Source: Ylistrum balloti (Eukaryota). Taken from it: a stretch of DNA of 64,000 bases. Position numbers and translations under genes: made by a program. Under the pieces are notes generated by a model that worked only from the letters and a program-made list of their open reading frames with translations, did no database searches and was not told where the DNA came from. The stretch spans positions 3,224,001 through 3,288,000 of the forward strand of contig NW_026782003.1 in the NCBI RefSeq assembly GCF_031769215.1. Reading direction: 5' to 3'. Positions within the stretch are counted from its first letter, which is position 1. Every line of letters begins with the position of its first letter. Shown in pieces: positions 27,071 through 40,500 of this stretch.

Positions 27071-28434
27071 TTTATATCCCTCCGAAGTTGTCAAAAACTT
27101 TATGGTGGTCTGTATTGCAACATATATTTTAATGGCATGCATTATATCGAAATACTCTAATGGGCTTTTAGACACTCTAGAAGTAAGTAAATATTTATGT
27201 GGCTATTTAGAAAAACTCCAGTCGATTACTACACATTTCCATGGTATGTTTTATCAATATTTTATTTAAAAAGGTAATATTCTGTAGATGTAGCTTTTAA
27301 GTAATATAGTCTTATAAAGAGAAAATCCTGAAACCTCCTTCGGGAGGGCGATATCGACATTGCATACAGAGGTCAATGACACTAGGATTAATCTTTACCC
27401 AAGGCCATCACTCTTCCCTCAATTATGTATGTGATATATCGTATTGTTGATTCAAGCCTTATCTGAAGACACAGATGATCACCCAATATTATTAGTAATG
27501 ATGTATGGTGATTGGAATGTATACATATCCATGAAATATCGTTTGATGTTTTTGTTCCGAACTTGACAATTACAAAACTCTATCGTGAATGATATTTTGT
27601 TTCTGTTTAATGGTGCTAAAACAAATACTGTGTCCGTGTCTCACACATCAAATGACGACATTCTATCACACAAGCTAATAATTGTAATTGCAAGAAGAAT
27701 TTAGCAAAATTTACAAGTTTGATATATGTTTTATCTCAACTTAATCTTACTTGTCCAATTATACATACCGTGTAAAGCTATGTGTACTAAATGAAACTAT
27801 CGATTATTGATAAGATTAATCAAAACTAATAATAACACCACATACCGCTTGAGACTGCAAAGACACGCAAATAAATAGCAAATTTTAATACAGTATAGGT
27901 ACATGCAGTGAACGCAAAGGTTGTACATAATACACAAAGTGAATGACGGTTTTCCATACAAATATGATGTTATGTACAGTGGACCCAAAGATTCTACGAA
28001 AGACACACAAGAGAATTTCACTTTTTCATACATATTTATACTTAGATACAGAACAGCCAAAAAATATGAAAACTGCATTATTCAATAAATGTCTTAATTG
28101 TCCTATATTTGACAGTTCTGAAACAACATCAAGTACATGTGTATATTATGAACCTTGAAGGATTACGGGAACGTGTGTATGCAGTATACACATTATGCTT
28201 CTTAACACTTACACAATATTACTACATTTTCTGGATGTAAAGAATATAAAATGCAAATGTACTTTAATGAATGTGTAACTGGTAAATTCACATGATAGCA
28301 GGTGTGTGAGTAAACACAAAATAGATACTATCAAAATAATATTGAATACCTAATATGGTACAACCATCAGTAAACATTTAGGCAATGTAAATAATTGTTT
28401 CGAACACTAACTAATTCTTGTTTTATTTCCACAG

Positions 28435-28566
28435 GTATCCTAAACCCCAGTCAAACCTCCGTACATGACCTCATTGACGACCTCCTGATTCGATTGGGAA
28501 CAAACATCAGTATCACTTATATCAACACAACCGTCAGGGGCGATAATCTTGATCAATACCAAAACG
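28435..28566 (+). CDS. iGluR exon: start of ATD (GILNPSQTSVHD...DQYQN), phase 1-1
   Basis: Acceptor ttttatttccacag|G, donor AACG|gtaagt, 132 nt open; joins in frame to the next exon. Confidence 0.8.
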
Positions 28567-31500
28567 GTAAGTTTAATCACATATCTTAACTTGACTTCAC
28601 TCCAGTATTTCAAAACAAAAGGTTGACTTGAGATATCGAATGTTAGAACGAAATAAAATGCTTCTTACTTGCATTGACTTTAACTAATTGCATTTTGCCA
28701 TCTTACGTTTGAATATCTGTGACACTTTCTTTTATGATATTATTTATTTTTAAATTATAAATCCGGTACAAATTGTATGTTTAGTTTGCACAATCTTTTG
28801 TATTCTTGATATATATCTCATTGACTTCTACGCTAAAGCTTTGCCTTGGTACAGAGACTCACATCGCGGTGAGAGTAATTGTGTGCATTCAGCATAAAGC
28901 ATGCCAAATTGTTCATTAAAGTGGGTTAAGTACATGAATCAGAATAACCGCAGATAATTTCAAAATAATTGAAGAAAATCAAGAAAACTTTGTTCTTATG
29001 TGTGTTTTATGCACTAAGTATATGCTTATCAGTATCAGGACGGTGAGTGTATGTCCAAAAAGTACCATTTATAATTATATTTTAAATTGTGTATTGCAGC
29101 AGACGAAATCGTAAAGACACTCAAGATATCAGCTTTAATTGGACATTTTAGTGAAACGTTTGCTGTAGCAACAGAACATAACCGGATACCGTATTTTGTG
29201 ACAGACATGGTACCCTGGGATTGGGGTCAGCATCGCTTTCTTATCCGGATTATTCCTGACATTAGTGTGTACCGAATGGCTATATGTGACATCCTAAAGT
29301 ATTTTAATTGGCTACGAGTCGGAATATTATATGATAACGAGGCTGGTAAGTAATAAGAATTTGGAAATATTATGCCAAATGTAATCATTTTCTGCCCAGT
29401 AATTTTTGTATGGGATCGATGTAATCTAAAAAATATATCTCACAAAATTAAGAAAAATGGACAATGATACTTTGTGTAGGTTTATTCAATGTCCTTATAC
29501 ATTCCAAATATTGTATCAACACTGATGAAAATTTTGAAAACAAAATTCTGTTTAACAAATATATTATCAGAATAAGCATTTGCATTGTGCATTTTTAAGC
29601 ATTTGTGAAATACAGCCCATTGTCGGAGATTACTTCAATAAGGTTTTTGTATTACATTCTCATCTTGTCAGTTATTTTTTTTATTAGGTTAACGTAGATA
29701 ATTAATGAATATAAGATAAGTACTAAATTGGAATTTCTACATTGAACTGATTGATCTTTTTACTTAACATGTATTCATGGGGCAAATGAGCATGACATAT
29801 ACAAATGACGATATTTTCATTATTTATAAAAAATTAATATCCATATCAAAAGCATCTACATTTGAATTAAAGCGCTAGAAAATAGCATAATTAAGTGGAT
29901 AGAAAAATAAAAAAGTGTAAGGTATGCTTAGGAGAAGACTAGTCTTCATTGGTCGGACGAGATAGCACGATACATCTTCATTTTACATGCTCAAACTCCA
30001 CTATGTCTTTATTTGACGTGCTAGAGAACACATCAAAATTTTATAGGACGAAACCGATAACACGTCAAGTCTGTATTTAGGAAAGTAATAGTTTGATGTG
30101 TACACGAACGTATTCCCGTGGGAAGTCAAATAAAGACCCATAGTATAACATATATAAACGCTTTTGGTAATTTAGGACAAATATAGCTTTATGTTCTCGT
30201 TTTTTTCTTTGTTACATAGATAATTATGTAAGAAATGCGTCGATAAAGCTTAAACAAGGAAGAAGACGTAACACCAAATTGACATTTCTTTATTTTCTTG
30301 GCTGTATTTGGATTGAAATTACCGAAGATAATTATAATTATTAAAAACTCCATAATTCCATAATTCTTTGCATAAATCATCTTGGGACCTCTTTCGGTCA
30401 ATTTTTATGTTCCATCGTTGACTCTTAGGTTTCAAAATTAAGGCCTTTAGCGTCACTGACGGGCTATAAAAGGATGAACCATTTTTATTCACTATTTGGC
30501 TCTTCTGTATCTATTTCGGTATTTGTACAGAAATATACTTTATTTTTGTACACTATTCGAGACCACAGGTGGTAGACACGTCCAGTGGACTTTAAGGTCT
30601 AGTCCAGGACGTAAGCGTCATTTGGTGTCGAATTTCATTTCATAATCTGCTTTCACACCTAAATGTCAACTACGGTTCCGTTTCCTGTACGCCTTTGTTT
30701 CGTTTCATGCTTCAGTAACACAAACGTGTTATTATTTTACATTCAGATTAACTTTCTTTTAGTCGATGTACGATGTTTGATGGAATTCCTTTTGTTGATT
30801 CTTAATTCTGGCCTTTGAGAGTAAACTGTAAACTCAGTTTGAAAATATGAATATGTCGGATTTTTCGTTCCTTTCAATGCAAAGGACATCTATTTCAGAA
30901 ATATTTCTCGGTTAATATATTAATGAAATATCGTGCTTCACAAACTATCGCAATACTACAACAGTCATATATCATTCACATTCCCTACAATCTTCTATGT
31001 GGAATTTGCAAGATGTAACGCAATGATCCGCCATATCGAGTCCAAATTTAATCATGGTATTTAAACACACTAGCGAGATTCAGAACCATCGGTTATACAT
31101 TTGTTGTGCGCAATCTTAAAATTGTAGCGAAAGATTGCCACACTTCTAAACATTGCTGATGCTTTCTGGTATCTCATCCCGAGAACAACGTAATTATACT
31201 ATGATTCGACATTAGCTTTCAAGGTGGTTGCAGTCTTGTAACCAGATTACAAAATCGACAAACATATTTTAAAGTTTAGCTTGTTTTCCTCGTGAAAGTA
31301 ATTGAGAAGTCTTCAAGATGGTATAAAAGACATATATGAAGTAAATAGAACCTTTTGATACAAATTAAGATAAAGATACAGTAGATAACAATAAATCATA
31401 AACCAGTGCAGCTGTTTCGTCATCCTAGAACTCGTCAGTGATTCTAAGGAACATCGGAGGCGACTGAGGAAAATTCAAATTTATGGAAAACGTGTCAAAA

Positions 31501-34500
31501 TATAGATTTGGAGGTGTACCAGTCCCTTAATTTAAAAATATAACCTTTTTTGATTATTTTAGATGAAGGTTCCGTATATGGATATAGTCAGTAGCGTGCC
31601 ACTACTCGAATAAATTCAAGCAATGTATATAAAACGCTTAAATCAATAACTTGAGCAGGAAAAAACCAAAACAAAACAAAAAGCAAAGTATAGACACAAT
31701 CATTGGAGATATATGAACAATAGAGCAAGCGTTCAGATTTACTACTACTTCTTATATACAAAACCTATTAAAATACCGCAATTGAATCACATTTGGATAG
31801 AAGCATATTCTGACGAACGCAATAAAAACATATATATGGAAACGTAGACTTGTCTCATAACACATAGCACAGCTATAGGCTGTCAGTGCTGTGGAAAGGC
31901 TACTTAATTTGAAGAGCAAGGCTGATGTATTCGGCTAGATCCCCATAGGTTGGCGACCTAACAGTGCTATAGTGCCCTGAGTTATGGTAAATCCTATACT
32001 GGTCACTGATCATAAGCACACTTGAGATTTGTCTTTTCGTAATATTGACTGCTGTGTCACTAGGGGAATGGAGCGATAACTAATATTCTAGACTGATGTA
32101 TCCATAGCTACATCTGTCTGTGGTATTGTAGAGTCGTGTGTGTTAGATATGTTGTAGGCATCTTTGTCATATATACTTGACCATCAACAAACACTACTCA
32201 TTGATAATGGCTCGACAGGCATAGTTTCATTATATGAAACATTTTGTATCAATGACACTAAATCTCTACATTTGAAAAAGAGCAAACGAAAGTGACGTAG
32301 AAACTGGTGATCGACTATTCACAAATCATGAATGTAGAAGTTCATTTTTTTCGTTGTTGATACAACATATTCCTGTTTCACGTAAAATGCGATAACGCAG
32401 AAATGTTCGGTATCCGAAAAACTGTCTTGATGTTGATGTGAAATTAATATTTGTATTTAGGATTAATATGGTGTTGGTTATATTGGGAAACATCGCCTTT
32501 CTGAATAAATGAAATATTATCTTTTTGTGACCATAAATCAGAATGTAATATCTGTCTTTTATGAGCGACGGTATAAACACATTGTCTGTTGACAGTCTTG
32601 TAATACCACTGTCGATTGACCGTCCCTATGTGTAGGATAACGACCTTCTGTCAACATTGTTGTCACAAGGGAGTGGCAGATCACGGAAAATCACCCACAC
32701 TGTATTGAAAACTGCCCATGAGGCTTTGTTAAACAAAACATGTCAGTGTTTGATTAAAGTTACGCGTCTTTCAAAGAGCAAGGTCCTCATTCTTGACATC
32801 ATGTGTTCATCTTTTCCCAAGAGACTTACTTTTGGCCTCTTTATGATATCTTGTGACATGACTTGTTCACATGCTTCAATGTTATAATGAATACTCTAAT
32901 ATTTACCTAACTTGGTCAAAAGGACATCTCCTGCTTTTCAAAGGTTAGCTGTTAACTTTCCAATCTGTAACTTTATGTATATTCAATAACATTTAAAATG
33001 CGACAAGCATTATATTACAAATTACACATCCCACATGTATTTCCGAATCAGTAGTATATAATCTGAAACAATCAGATGAAAAACCAATATTCGCTTATAT
33101 CATTCATGCTGGTAGTGAAAATTAGAATAACCTTATTTTCAATATTCCTATGACTTGAGATAATTCATTTACGTCAATGGCGGCAAGGCCGTTCCGCCGC
33201 TTCGAATGCATTGTTTAGGTAAAAGAAGCTTCTGTGGCATATGACAGTACACACTGCATCGAAGTTCGCGCTCTATGCTGTTTTCTTCATGAAAGATTTA
33301 CCAGGCTCTTCTGGCACAGTGCTCTTGGTTTTACGTTTCTTACATCGAGGGCGTATTTTTGCAGCATAAATGTGTCTAACACAGCAAAAGGAAATCCAAA
33401 CATTCAATACATAGAAGCAAAGGGCAGTTATCTTCTGTCCTGATTAGATATCAATTATTTCCCTCGCGGATACAATCACAGTTTGGGCATACGTTACATA
33501 AATGTTCTTGCATATATTTTTTGTACGTGGCTTTCCGGACCGAGGGCGGTCGTTCAAGCTCGTGGTGTTTTGTGTGTATAAAACTAAGAATTGTAACGTC
33601 AAAATTTTAACCATTCTACGATATTCTTCTTCCTATATTATGCGATACACCCTGCTTATAATCCGACCAACAAATAGTTTAAACTAGCCGCATTTTAAGC
33701 ACGGCTAACTCAACGTTCCTTAGCAAATCACCGGCTATTGGACATGTTTCAACAAATGGTACCATTTTCATATTTTTAAATAAAAAAGAATAAAAATATC
33801 GTTCTTTCAGTAAATGATAATTTACCGATGTCGCGTTTTTAATGTCGATTAGTATGCGCACATATGAAACAAATTAGGAAAATTACCAATGGTCAAAAAT
33901 AACAATTAAACATTATTTGGACTACAACACTTATTGTCCAAATTTTTTATACATCCATATTTGAATTGGAAATTAAATGTAAAGGTATATGCGACAATCG
34001 CCCTAACTACTTAATGAGAATAGGAAATTTAAACATGTTCAGTAGATATATACTTATACCCTTAACTGGTAACTGTTCAACCCTTCGGTATGAAATGTTT
34101 GCCTAAATGTGATCGATTTTGGGTTCACTGGTTATGTTCAAGTATCAGGGCATGCACAATTTAGAAAAAAAAAACCCAGGATTTCTCTTTATTTTTGCTT
34201 GTTTGCGCAAAATCAGGAAGTTAACTGTAATAACATTTAAAAGTAACATAGGTGCGTATGAAATTAGGAATTGAATTAGATACGTAATGTGTACAGTGAA
34301 TAAGTAGTGAGGCTTTGTCACGCTAAATGAAAGTGTGCTAAAATTCGTTTCGAAACCGCTGATCTTGTCACGTTATTAAGGTCCCAGGTCCTCGTCCTGA
34401 TCTGACGCTGTTATTCATTCGTGCCCATGGAGGCTGCAGGTGACATGTTATTTACAAGACTATTCCGGAGTGTGCCACAGACTGGCGCGAACTCCGTCAT

Positions 34501-37500
34501 GTTGCCGCCTTTTGCCACTATCGCCGGGAAAATTGCAAAGGTGACACTAATACTATCATTGTTTCAAGTTAAAACTCAGTCACATGGCTTAACCTTTCCG
34601 CTTATTTTTTCCACGTCATCCCTCAGCATTTGTATATCCGCTGTAAAATGTCCCTTGACATATTAACTATGGGAAATCACTAGTCAATATAAGAGCCGAA
34701 GTCCTCGAATGGGAAAGAATTCCGGAAACGTGTCATCAGTGATTGATTTTTTTATTACATTAGTCAATGTTGTTCCGGTGTCATACCGGAAGTTACTTTG
34801 TAAAATTACATAGTCGGAACCTTCATGACATGTTTCCAATCACACACATTATACTTCAATAATGGATTTAATTACACCACAGGGCTTAAGATATATCATT
34901 GGTTATAGTAGAGTCTCCCCTTCGACTGAAGGGAGGGAGATGCATTGTTTTAATTCTGGTTCTTGTTTATATTCTCGTTGTCCTTGTTCTTATCCGTGCA
35001 GTAACGTTTAAAGATATTTTAACGAAAGTTGCTGGAACTCATGATTACCTTAAACTGACGCGCACTGCACTGCTGTTAGGTTCCTGTGACTTTTACCCCA
35101 TACTCTAAGGTGAAATATGTGTGATTAAAAAAATTGTCCTGGCTATACCATTTAAATACTAACAAAATACTAAAAATAAATACTAGTTGGTAAATAAAAC
35201 ATTGACGTTCTTTGACATCCATCACCCTACATGCTTTGTATTGTTTGAATATTTCAAATAAACATAAGCTATTTTACTTCACATCAAAATTTTTTGGGGT
35301 ACTAAATTGGAGAATGATTCTCATACCTTGGTTCGTTTTGAATTTAAACTAATCAACTTTGTATTCTATTTCAGCATCGCAAGTTGTGATTAACCTTATA
35401 GGAGATTATACAGATAGGATCAAGGCATTCAATCTACGCTATAACAGTACAAGTTCATATGTGAGGAACGCACTAAAAGAGCTGAGAGACAATTACTATG
35501 AGAAATTCGTCATTTTGTGCTCTTCAAGAAATGCAGAAATAATTCTAACACAAGTAAGTATTGTTTAACATTGTAAAATATTGAAACATGTTACTTGTAA
35601 CATACGTTATAGGTCTACAGTAAAACATTTAGAACAGATACATAAAATATGAATTGATAATGTGCACTGAAAATCACACAAGACGCAAAGATGCAGATTA
35701 ATGAAAGATAAACGTAACGGTCGTCATTGTGATCTCATTGTGAAATATTGTATTTCTTTGAAACTGAACAAAATTGATGCATGTTAGTTTGCTTGTTGGT
35801 TTCGTAGTTGTATACCTAGTTCTCATTTGAGATCTTGACTTTATCTACTTAAATTGACCAAGATTCACATGGCAGGTATTGTGGATGAAGCAGAAGATGA
35901 TAACTCTTTCGGAACACCTGGTCTCATTCTTCTTGTAATTTGTTTTCCGGAGTCACTGTGAAAATGTTTGTTTTGTTCATATTTTGCCTTATTTTTATTG
36001 CAAAAAACTTCAAGAAAATATCAACATTTCATCATAATCATAATCGACCCTCAAATTCCATAAACATAGGGCCAAATGTACAAAAAAGATTTACACTTAG
36101 ACTCCTGAAATATTACTAGGAGTATGATAAGATAACATCTTCTGCTTGTCTACAACAATTAAGTTTCGGATTATGATGATCTTGACTAGCGGAGCTTTAC
36201 GTGACTAAACTTCCAATTTTTTACTTTTAACACATTAACGTCGTACGCGTTATACTCTAGTTTTATTGAGTTTGACAGATATTATATATATATACATCAT
36301 ATGCAGTTTCCGCATGCATTATCATATATATACATGACTCCTTCCACATTAATAAAACTTCCCCGATGCAAAGTAGCATTGAAAATATACACCATACACA
36401 TCACTGAAGAACGATAATGTTATTTTGTGTTAATTTTATGAACTAATCCGTAATCAGATCAATATAGCAGACATTCAATGGGTTTTTACTTAACAAACTA
36501 GGTTTATATATCTCTGTTGTATAATTTACAAGATAAGAAAAACCACATACTTCACATTGGTGTAAAAGGCAGTCAACATCGGAACGTCACACTGAAAGTT
36601 TCGGAATATTTATTCAATCTATATTGCCATTTTAAGACGTCCTAGAGAGACAGGTGCTATATTTGTCTATTTTCAAAATTTACGACATTAATAAAACGGG
36701 ATAATTTAATTAAGATTAGAATGTTTTGCAGATTGCAAGGTCTTCATCGAATTACTATTCAATATTTCTTATATTGGGAAAACATGTCAGTTTCCTTGGA
36801 AATTAAAGCAAAACAACAAGGGACTCCTCACTAGTTTGTTTGTACGATTTGTGGTGGGTTTAATTTACACTGTCATTCACTCGAGTCAAAGGGAAACAGA
36901 TAATATCGCAACGACCATTATCATCTACTTTTATTCTAGCATCTAAATCATAGTCACAAATGAATGTTTCATTTTATGTTTTAGACATTGGCATGATTTC
37001 AATTTTCTAGGCCAGCTGTATCTTTATGTTCTCCCTAATTCATGGTACATATCATGCTTGTATAAAGTTAAAATGTGTGTTTGTTTAGATTATATTATTT
37101 CGAAACAAAACAACATTAAGTTTGATGTAGTTCATTATTCATGATTGCGATTTCGTAAGTTAAATTAAACACGCTGTATTGTCATGCAAAGGGATCCAGA
37201 TGTTGCTATTTTTCGCCAAAGTCAAATTTGTGCAAGATTTTCCTTAAATTAACTGCCTAACTTCCTTTTGAATGCTATATTTTCAATACCTAAGTGATGT
37301 CGAATTTGAAGGTTGAGTGAAGAGCCCGCCCCTCCCTCCTCCTCATCATATATCATCTTGCACTGATGATATTTAGGGTCTTGCACACAAATATGGTATC
37401 GAGTTGGGTTTTGAAGCCCGGATTGTTCGTTATTCGTTATATCAAAATAAATCTAATAATACCTTCAACAAACTTCAGAAATATTTTCGATGTATAAGCT

Positions 37501-40500
37501 CATTTGCACACCTGCTTCTGCATTTACTGTTCATGGTGAAACGTTCGCCACCGTTTGACTTTTATCCAATATGACTAACATTTTGTTAAAAATGAAGCTT
37601 ATCCATCCAAAATTTCATACCAGGGGAAAAATATACAGGAGGGAATACAATTCTTGTCCGAATATTTTACCGCCTCCGAAATTTATAACAATGCTCATTG
37701 TCTCTTGTTTAATTTGACATCTGTTTACTGTAACTAATGGTTACTGACCTAATTTTCCACAGAACGTATTAGGTGTTTTAACCATGTCACCTACCAGCGT
37801 TACAGTCATATAGGCAGATAGCAACTTGATGTATTAACTATAAAATGGCTTGTTGTCTTTTGTCACGCGATTTCTGAAGTTACCGTCGTAATTTATTGCT
37901 GCGATGCGGTAATGAATGTGTCTGTGTTCTGACATTGTGTAGGCAACTGTTGTGCTTGACCTGCGTGTGCTTAGTTTTAATTGAATTGAACTAAAANNNN
38001 NNNNNNNNNNNNNNNNNNNNNNNNNNNNNNNNNNNNNNNNNNNNNNNNNNNNNNNNNNNNNNNNNNNNNNNNNNNNNNNNNNNNNNNNNNNNNNNNNNNN
38101 NNNNNNNNNNNNNNNNNNNNNNNNNNNNNNNNNNNNNNNNNNNNNNNNNNNNNNNNNNNNNNNNNNNNNNNNNNNNGTGTGAAAAAACACAGAGCGTTGG
38201 TAATACTTTTAAGTAAATGTAAATTCTGGAAATATATATATATATATAAATAACTGAAACACACGGTTGTCCACTTATAAAATAACCGTAATAATAAATG
38301 TGTTGTATTATTGTATAATGTTCTTTTTACTCTTTGATTTATCAGGTGTTTAAGATGTTGGTAATATTTTCAACTTAATGAAAAATTCTGAAAACGAAAT
38401 ATGAAATATAATTGAAACGAAAGGACGCCCACCTTTAACAACTGCTATCGTAAATGTGTTGTAATATTGTTTAATATTCTTTTTTCCAGGCATTGTATTT
38501 AAGTTTACTTTCCCGTCCAAATACATGGCTGGTTGTAACCATGGTAAGTAACTACTAAATTATCAGGCTTTTCTACATAAAGTCCTCGTTTGGAAGTACA
38601 CTATAATTTTGCTAAATGTCTTCATCGAATAGATTTCATCAGATTGAGTGGACATTCATGCATGTCTTTTGTCGTATTAATTATTGAATCATCTTAAAAA
38701 GATTATACAGATGCTGGAATTTTATATTCTGTACTAATTTCCACATTGAATGGATGTGCTTTGCTTTTCAATAATTATCCTAACTATTCCAAAACAGATT
38801 ACCAACACACACTTAATACCACTTTTATTTCTACATCAATCCAGCATGTTGATCTGTTGGTTGATTTTCTATCATTATAGGACAAGAAACTAAACTTTCG
38901 CTGTATGAAGGTGATTCATTTTAGGCTGTAATAAAATATCTAAAGGAAAACAACGATCGGTCTAAATATTCATCAATCATCTTGAACTCGTTTATGAGAC
39001 AGCAAAATGGTACATGTACAATGCACAAGTAAGCAATACAGACAATGTCAAAATGCTGAAAGAGATTCAAACAATTCAATGTATAGTTCGGATTCTTGAT
39101 TGAAGTATTACTCAATCGCCTTACATTCCGCTATGCTAACTTAAACGAATCTAGGTAAGAAACATCATCAAATATAGATATAATGTTATTAAGGATATAT
39201 AAAAAGACAATTATGCCAAATACAAACAAAATATTCAATAAACTATACAGCAATTAATTAATGCAAAACCTTTGAATGAGGAACAAAACTGAAAAATCTT
39301 AATCATCAAAGAGTTTTTTTATTCTCAAAATGATGAAATGAGTACGGTCAGCATCTCGGTCAATATGGAGGAATATACGCGTTGCTAATAGGTCAATTGC
39401 AATATGTGTTACTTAACATAATGTTACCAAGGTATACACTGACCCCCTGGAGATCGATTCATGTGAAAGCAGTAACGCATAACAGCCGCGTTTATACATG
39501 ATAGCTTTGATTTACTGTATCGTTTCTTCACAGCTGACCGAAGGGATGAGTAGTGAATTATTTACCTTTATAAATCATAATGAGGCATACATTGATTTAA
39601 CTAATTCACTCATTACTTGATAGATATACAGATAAACCGACTCGGTAAAACTCGACCAACTTAACAAGTCACCCAGATAAATACTGCTTTCATTAATCTA
39701 AATTGCATCTTAATTCAATCATTTTCATTATTTTCCCTCAGATTATTTTGAATGTATCGTGTAGGACTTCAGTTACCTATATACTTTTTAAGAAATATAC
39801 TTAACATCACAATTCCCTCTATATTCCACGAAAAAGTATTGGATTTACAATGTATAAGGCAAGAATTTTCAGGTAACTAATTGGCGAGACTTGTTCGATT
39901 CCATCACCTATCGCGTCTCATATTCATTTCTTATTGTTTCTGACTTCTGACCTAATTTTCTTAATCCATATATACGGCTTTGGTTATACAAAATGACCAT
40001 CTAATCCGGATCGTCGGTTGTAGGCCGCTGTGATAAAAGCTTTTTCTTCAACTGTAAATAGGTGGTGCTTGAAATGTACTGCAATGGTAATCCCCCTTCA
40101 TTTTGATATCTTCTGCCCGGTTCTAGGCGTGGTAATCCCTGCCGATAAATTGTTATTGTATTCCAACCACAACATCTACTCCAGACGATCTATATTAGAA
40201 CAATCTAACGCTCGTTTATTTCAAATGAAATGACAAACCTGAACCGCTTCAGCAACATTATATAGACTCATGCCATGGTGTTAAGCTTTGATCTTTTGAA
40301 AACCTATAGCTGTTAATGCATTTTCTGAGACACTTAATGATATTACCCAATGTCCACTGGCATGACGCATAAAGTAATTTCCGGTTTCTCTGTCGGTGAA
40401 CTTTGGAAGTAAATCGGTCTCACTTTTAAAATTAATAGTAAAACGCCCGGAATGGAATTGTGGGGATAGAGGTTTTCCGAAATCGATCATAAGCTTACAA

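Noticed and set aside
29033-29042. Strong donor GACG|gtgagt suggesting a microexon before 29100
   Set aside because: The candidate lengths (10 or 4 nt) break the frame and leave only a 57-nt intron.
32180-32230. LIDNGST as a retroviral protease motif
   Set aside because: The motif requires D-T/S-G, the frame has nearby stops, and no RT or integrase relic is adjacent.
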